A stretch of 64,000 nt of DNA, taken from contig JBGPFC010000024.1 in NCBI GenBank assembly GCA_041483195.1, positions 1-64,000 on the forward strand, given 5' to 3'. Below, piece by piece: positions 59,836 to 64,000 of this stretch; position 1 is the stretch's first letter; the number at the start of each line of letters is the position of its first letter. This stretch comes from Candidatus Eiseniibacteriota bacterium (GTDB taxonomy: Bacteria; Eisenbacteria; RBG-16-71-46). Both the position numbers and the translations under genes were made by a program. The notes under the pieces were generated by a model. That model made no database searches. It saw only the letters and a program-made list of their open reading frames with translations, and had not been told where the DNA came from.

Positions 59836-60393
59836 CTAGCGCGCGGGTCCCGCCTGCAACCGCGCAGCGAGCTCCAGCAATACCTCCGACGTCAGATCCA
59901 GATTGTGGTCGGCCCACAGGATGAAACCCCCGGCCGAGTCCAGAACCATCGCCACACCCTTGTCGGTCGCGACCTTCTCCACCGCCGAGCGGATCTGCTC
60001 GACGACCTGCCCGGTCGCCTGCTCGTTCTCGCGGACCGCGCGGCCCTGCGGCCCCCAGATGTCCTGAACGAAGCGCTCGTAGTCGCTGATCGCGCGCTGC
60101 AGCGCCTCTTCCTTCTCCTGGCGCTTGAGGGTCGAGAGAATCGGCGCCTGGTCGCGGACCTCGGCCTTGAGCTGATCCACGAGGGTCTGCTTCTCGGTCG
60201 ATTGCGTGCGCCAGCTCTCGACCTTTCGGTCGAACTCGGCCTGCGCATCCTGGGCCACCTTGTACTCCTGGAAGATGCGACCGGAGTCAATATAGCCGAT
60301 CCGGACGTCGGTGGCCGCATCGACCGGGCGCGGGGCGAAACCCAGCGCCAGCGCACAGCATGCCGCGAAGCGCAGCGCCGCTCGGGTCGTCAC
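59836..60393 (-). CDS. skp: OmpH/Skp periplasmic chaperone
   Basis: Signal peptide, IGYIDS, coiled coil, DLTSEVL; located between bamA and lpxD. Confidence 0.88.
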   Translation of the reverse strand: MTTRAALRFAACCALALGFAPRPVDAATDVRIGYIDSGRIFQEYKVAQDAQAEFDRKVESWRTQSTEKQTLVDQLKAEVRDQAPILSTLKRQEKEEALQRAISDYERFVQDIWGPQGRAVRENEQATGQVVEQIRSAVEKVATDKGVAMVLDSAGGFILWADHNLDLTSEVLLELAARLQAGPAR

Positions 60394-60412
60394 ATGGCCT
60401 CCGTCATCACCG

Positions 60413-62803
60413 CTAGAAGTTCACGTTGCCGATCAGGAAGTGCCCGACGGCGCGGGGTCCGTCGTCCCGATTGAAGCCGTACCCGTAGTCGAAGCCGACG
60501 TTGCCCAGCAGCGGGATCTCGAGGCGGATGCCCGCCCCGACGCTCGTCTTCAGGTCCCAGAGCTTGATCTCCTGCCACCGGTCCCACACGTTACCAGCAT
60601 CGAAGAAGAGCACACCGTGCAGCGGGTGAACAATGGGAAACTGCTGCTCGAGCGTGTAGGCGACGTAGGTGCGGCCGCCCGGATAGCGGATGCGCGCGGA
60701 CGTGGTGTCGTACACCGTGCTGTCGTGCACGGTGGGCAGCGTCACGCTGATCACCTGCGACGCGATGCTGGTGACGATCTGGTCGAATTTTCCGGGCACG
60801 AGCTGGTAGTCGTCGTAGCCGCGCAGCGGATCCGGCGTGGTGCCGCCCCCGAGGCGGAATTTCTCGTAGGGCGGGATCGAGCTGTTCTGGTCCGGGTACT
60901 CGCCGATCAGGCCCACCCGCGCCTTCAGCATGGTCGTCATTCCCTTCAGCAACGACGGCATGTAGAGCCGCCCCTCGAACCGATGCTTGTGGAAATTGAC
61001 GGAGCCGCCGAACGGCCCCCCCGCGAACTCGTCGGTCGCCGAGAGCCTCGTGCCGCGCGTGGGATAGAACGCGGCGTCCGTGCTGTTCCGCAGGAAGCTG
61101 GTCTGCACGCTGCTGGTCAGCACCCCCCGCCCGGGCGTGAGGCCGGCGAGGGCGATCTCCTGCTCGGCGGTGAGGGTGCCGCTGAGCCGCGAGATCGTCA
61201 CCTTCTCGAGCTGGTATGAAATCGAGCCGCGCGAATAGTCGGGCCACGGGAGCGGGCGCCCGATCCGGCCCGATCCGCCCACCTGCTTCTGCTTGTAGAG
61301 GTCCAGATCTCGGCTGCTGTTGAACAGCGAAAATCCGAGCAGCGTCGGCGTGTCGCGAAACCAGGGCTCCGTGAAGCTCGCGGTGTAGTCCTCGGTCTTG
61401 GCACCGCGCTCCAGATGAAGCGCCAGACTCTGCCCGTTTCCCATGACGTTGTTGTGGCCGAGCTCGACGTAGCCGGTGATGCCGCTCTGGCTGGTGAATC
61501 CCGCCCCGGCCGACGCAGTGCCCACCTGCTTCTCCTTCACCTTGAGCAGGATGTCCACGTCGGTGCTCTCGGCGGGCACGAAGTCGATCCCGACGTCTTC
61601 GAACAGCCCGAGCCGCGAGATGTTGTCGCGGGTCCGCATCAGGCGCGAGCGCCGGAAGCGGTCGCCCTCGTGGATGTCCATCTCGCGGCGGATGACCTTC
61701 TCGCGAGTGTTCTTGTTGCCGCTGATCGTGACCAGCCGCACCGTCTCCGGCAGGCCCTCGGTCACCACGAACGCGAGGTCGACCACCGAGTCACGGACAG
61801 TCTCACGCGGCTCGACCTGCAGGTAGAGGTAGCCTCGTTCCGCGTATTCCGCGAATGCGTCCGCCTGCGCCTTCTCGATGCGCGATACGTCGTAGACCGG
61901 GCCGCCGCGGCGGGGCCAGAACTTCTCGATCTCGGCGGCGGAGATGACCTGGTTGCCGGTCCAGCTCACGTTTCCCATCAGGTAGCGCGGGCCCGGGTCG
62001 ATCGTGATCTTCAGCACCAGACGATTGGGTGCGCTCCCCGGCACCAGCTCCTCCGAAACGACGCGCGCGTCGCGGTATCCGCGGGTGCGGCAGAAGTGTT
62101 CGAGCTTCTCCCGGTCCTCCGGAAACTGCTCCTCCTTCACGTCGCCGCCCCCGAAGAACCCGCGCGCCTTGGTCTTGAGCTGCTTGCGCAGCTTCTTCGC
62201 TGGGAACGCGGACGCGCCTACGAACTGCACGCGTTCGATCTTCACCCGCTCCCCTTCGCGCACCACGAAGCGGATCCCCACGTCGTTGCCGGAAGCCAGC
62301 GTGTCGCTCAGGGCGTCGATGCTCGCGCGCGCGTACCCGTCGTCGTGGTAGAGCTTGAGGAGCGAGTCCACCTGGGTACGCAACGTCGTCGGCGAGTAGG
62401 TCTCCCCGACCCTGATGAAGAGCTTCTTCTCGAGATCGGAGGACTCCTTCTTCTTGTTGCCGCTGAATTCGATCTTCGAGATGCGCGGCCGCTCCTTCAC
62501 GTGGATCACGAGATCCACGCGATCGTCGTGGGGCCGGTACGACACGGTGATGTCGTCGAACAGCCCGAGCGCGAACAGCTTTCGGATGCCGCGGCGCACC
62601 GCGTCTTCTGAGAAGCGCATCCCCGCCGGCACCTCGAAGGAACGCAGGATGCGCGTCGAGTCGACGGTGGCGTTGCCGTCCACCGACACGCGGCCGATCA
62701 CGGCAATCGGGGCGGCCTCCTGGCCCACGGAATCGGCAGGGGCCGACGGCGCCGGCTGAGAGGCAGCCGGCGTCGCGAGCAACGCAATCAACAGGAGGAG
62801 AAT
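60413..62803 (-). CDS. bamA: Outer membrane protein assembly factor BamA (start codon uncertain)
   Basis: Five POTRA-like repeats (for example SGNKNTREKVIRRE), FTEPW, FYPTRG, LRGY loop-6 motif, FFDAGNVW, terminal Phe. Confidence 0.93.
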   Translation of the reverse strand: MLLLLIALLATPAASQPAPSAPADSVGQEAAPIAVIGRVSVDGNATVDSTRILRSFEVPAGMRFSEDAVRRGIRKLFALGLFDDITVSYRPHDDRVDLVIHVKERPRISKIEFSGNKKKESSDLEKKLFIRVGETYSPTTLRTQVDSLLKLYHDDGYARASIDALSDTLASGNDVGIRFVVREGERVKIERVQFVGASAFPAKKLRKQLKTKARGFFGGGDVKEEQFPEDREKLEHFCRTRGYRDARVVSEELVPGSAPNRLVLKITIDPGPRYLMGNVSWTGNQVISAAEIEKFWPRRGGPVYDVSRIEKAQADAFAEYAERGYLYLQVEPRETVRDSVVDLAFVVTEGLPETVRLVTISGNKNTREKVIRREMDIHEGDRFRRSRLMRTRDNISRLGLFEDVGIDFVPAESTDVDILLKVKEKQVGTASAGAGFTSQSGITGYVELGHNNVMGNGQSLALHLERGAKTEDYTASFTEPWFRDTPTLLGFSLFNSSRDLDLYKQKQVGGSGRIGRPLPWPDYSRGSISYQLEKVTISRLSGTLTAEQEIALAGLTPGRGVLTSSVQTSFLRNSTDAAFYPTRGTRLSATDEFAGGPFGGSVNFHKHRFEGRLYMPSLLKGMTTMLKARVGLIGEYPDQNSSIPPYEKFRLGGGTTPDPLRGYDDYQLVPGKFDQIVTSIASQVISVTLPTVHDSTVYDTTSARIRYPGGRTYVAYTLEQQFPIVHPLHGVLFFDAGNVWDRWQEIKLWDLKTSVGAGIRLEIPLLGNVGFDYGYGFNRDDGPRAVGHFLIGNVNF

Positions 62804-62807
62804 CGCT

Positions 62808-64000
62808 TCAACTCCTCGGGGAGGCGGGGGTGGGAGCCGGAGCGGGCTCGGATGCGAGCACCGGCTCGAACGCGAGTTCGTCGGCCGTGCGGGTGACCTC
62901 GATACGGGCCCCGGCCGGAAGCTGTCCGCGCAGGATGAACTCCGCGAGCGGATCCTCGAGCAGGCGCTGAATGGCCCGCTTGAGCGGGCGCGCCCCGAGC
63001 GAGGGGTCGAAACCGCGCTCGATGAGCAGCTCGGTGGCCTCGGTCGTGATGTCGAGCACGATCTCCTGCGCACTCAGTCGCTCCTTGAGCTGGCCGAAGA
63101 GGATTTGAACGATCTTCCGCATGTCGTCGCGCGAAAGCGCGTGGAACACGATGACGTCGTCGATGCGATTGAGGAATTCGGGATTGAACGCGCGCTTGAG
63201 CTCATCCTGGACCGTGCTCTTGATCGCGGCGAACTGCTGTGCGCCGCCCTCCGCCTGCTTGAAGCCCAGATTCCGCCCGCCGCTCACGATCTGGCGCCCG
63301 CCCAGGTTCGAGGTCATGATGATGACCGTATTCTTGAAATCCACGCGACGCCTCGAGCTGTCGGTGAGCACGCCGTCGTCGAGCACCTGCAGCAGCACAT
63401 TGAACACGTCCGGGTGCGCCTTTTCAATCTCGTCCAGCAGCACGACCGAATAGGGCTTCCGGCGCACCTTCTCGGTGAGCTGGCCGCCCTCTTCATACCC
63501 CACGTACCCCGGGGGCGCTCCCACCAGTCTCGAGACCGAAAACTTCTCCATGTACTCGGACATGTCGATCCGGATCAGCGCGTCGTCGTCGTCGAACAGG
63601 AACGCGGCCAGCGCACGCGCCAGCTCGGTCTTGCCCACCCCGGTCGGCCCCAGGAACACGAACGACCCGATCGGACGCTTGGGATCGCGCAATCCCACGC
63701 GATTGCGCCGCACCGCGCGCGACACCGCGGCGAGCGCCTCGTCCTGTCCCACCACCCGCTTGCGGATCTCGTCTTCCATCCGCAGCAGCTTTCGCGTCTC
63801 CTCCTCGGCCAGCTTGACCACCGGAATGCCGGTCATGACCGACAGCACCGAGGCGATCAAGTCCTCGTCCACCTGGACTTCCTTGTCGCGCTTGGACTCC
63901 GACCACGTCTTCTTGAGCTCGTTCTTGCGCGAGCGCAGCTCCTTTTCGCGGTCCCGCAGCCGGGCCGCCTTCTCGTACTCCTGGCCCCGGATCGCCGCCT
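62808..64000 (-). CDS. clpC: ATP-dependent Clp protease ATP-binding subunit ClpC (3' part; 5' end outside window)
   Basis: UVR-like [57 protein letters not shown]. Confidence 0.93.
   Translation of the reverse strand, partial: AAIRGQEYEKAARLRDREKELRSRKNELKKTWSESKRDKEVQVDEDLIASVLSVMTGIPVVKLAEEETRKLLRMEDEIRKRVVGQDEALAAVSRAVRRNRVGLRDPKRPIGSFVFLGPTGVGKTELARALAAFLFDDDDALIRIDMSEYMEKFSVSRLVGAPPGYVGYEEGGQLTEKVRRKPYSVVLLDEIEKAHPDVFNVLLQVLDDGVLTDSSRRRVDFKNTVIIMTSNLGGRQIVSGGRNLGFKQAEGGAQQFAAIKSTVQDELKRAFNPEFLNRIDDVIVFHALSRDDMRKIVQILFGQLKERLSAQEIVLDITTEATELLIERGFDPSLGARPLKRAIQRLLEDPLAEFILRGQLPAGARIEVTRTADELAFEPVLASEPAPAPTPASPRS

Overview
Very GC-rich, gene-dense chromosomal segment of a diderm (LPS-making) bacterium. 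The LpxC-FabZ fusion, split GcvPA/PB and double ExbD suggest an FCB-superphylum-like lineage such as Ca. Eisenbacteria (inference only). Nearly all genes are on the minus strand. Read from the right end, they are: (1) clpC (partial)-bamA-skp-lpxD-lpxC/fabZ-lpxA-GnnA-like oxidoreductase-lpxB-DUF374-waaA-lpxK-nadB-small hypothetical-msbA-two GT9s-GmhB fusion; (2) a plus-strand pair, a TPR/Zn-finger membrane protein and a DUF4388 protein; (3) asnS; (4) a plus-strand GT-C-like membrane protein; (5) PstS-like lipoprotein-TPR-2xSTAS-exbB-2xexbD-tonB; (6) Yip1-TolC-MacA-ABC ATPase-2 permeases; (7) uvrA-tdh-kbl; (8) gcvT-H-PA-PB; (9) an uncharacterised 8-gene block containing a GlmL/MutL-like ASKHA ATPase, a barrel-sandwich/KOW-like protein, an FN3-DUF6754-like protein and membrane proteins; (10) a LipM-like ligase; (11) an oligopeptide ABC transporter. 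The first 139 nt look like the right end of an IS1202/ISNCY-type insertion sequence. The best candidate for an undescribed system is the 7.6-14.9 kb block between the glycine cleavage genes and the octanoyltransferase. Several sigma70-like promoters are visible, three with the same -10 hexamer TAACGT. I saw no tRNA, rRNA or CRISPR array. Family assignments come from motif recognition, not database searches, and many start codons were re-called from the supplied ORF track.
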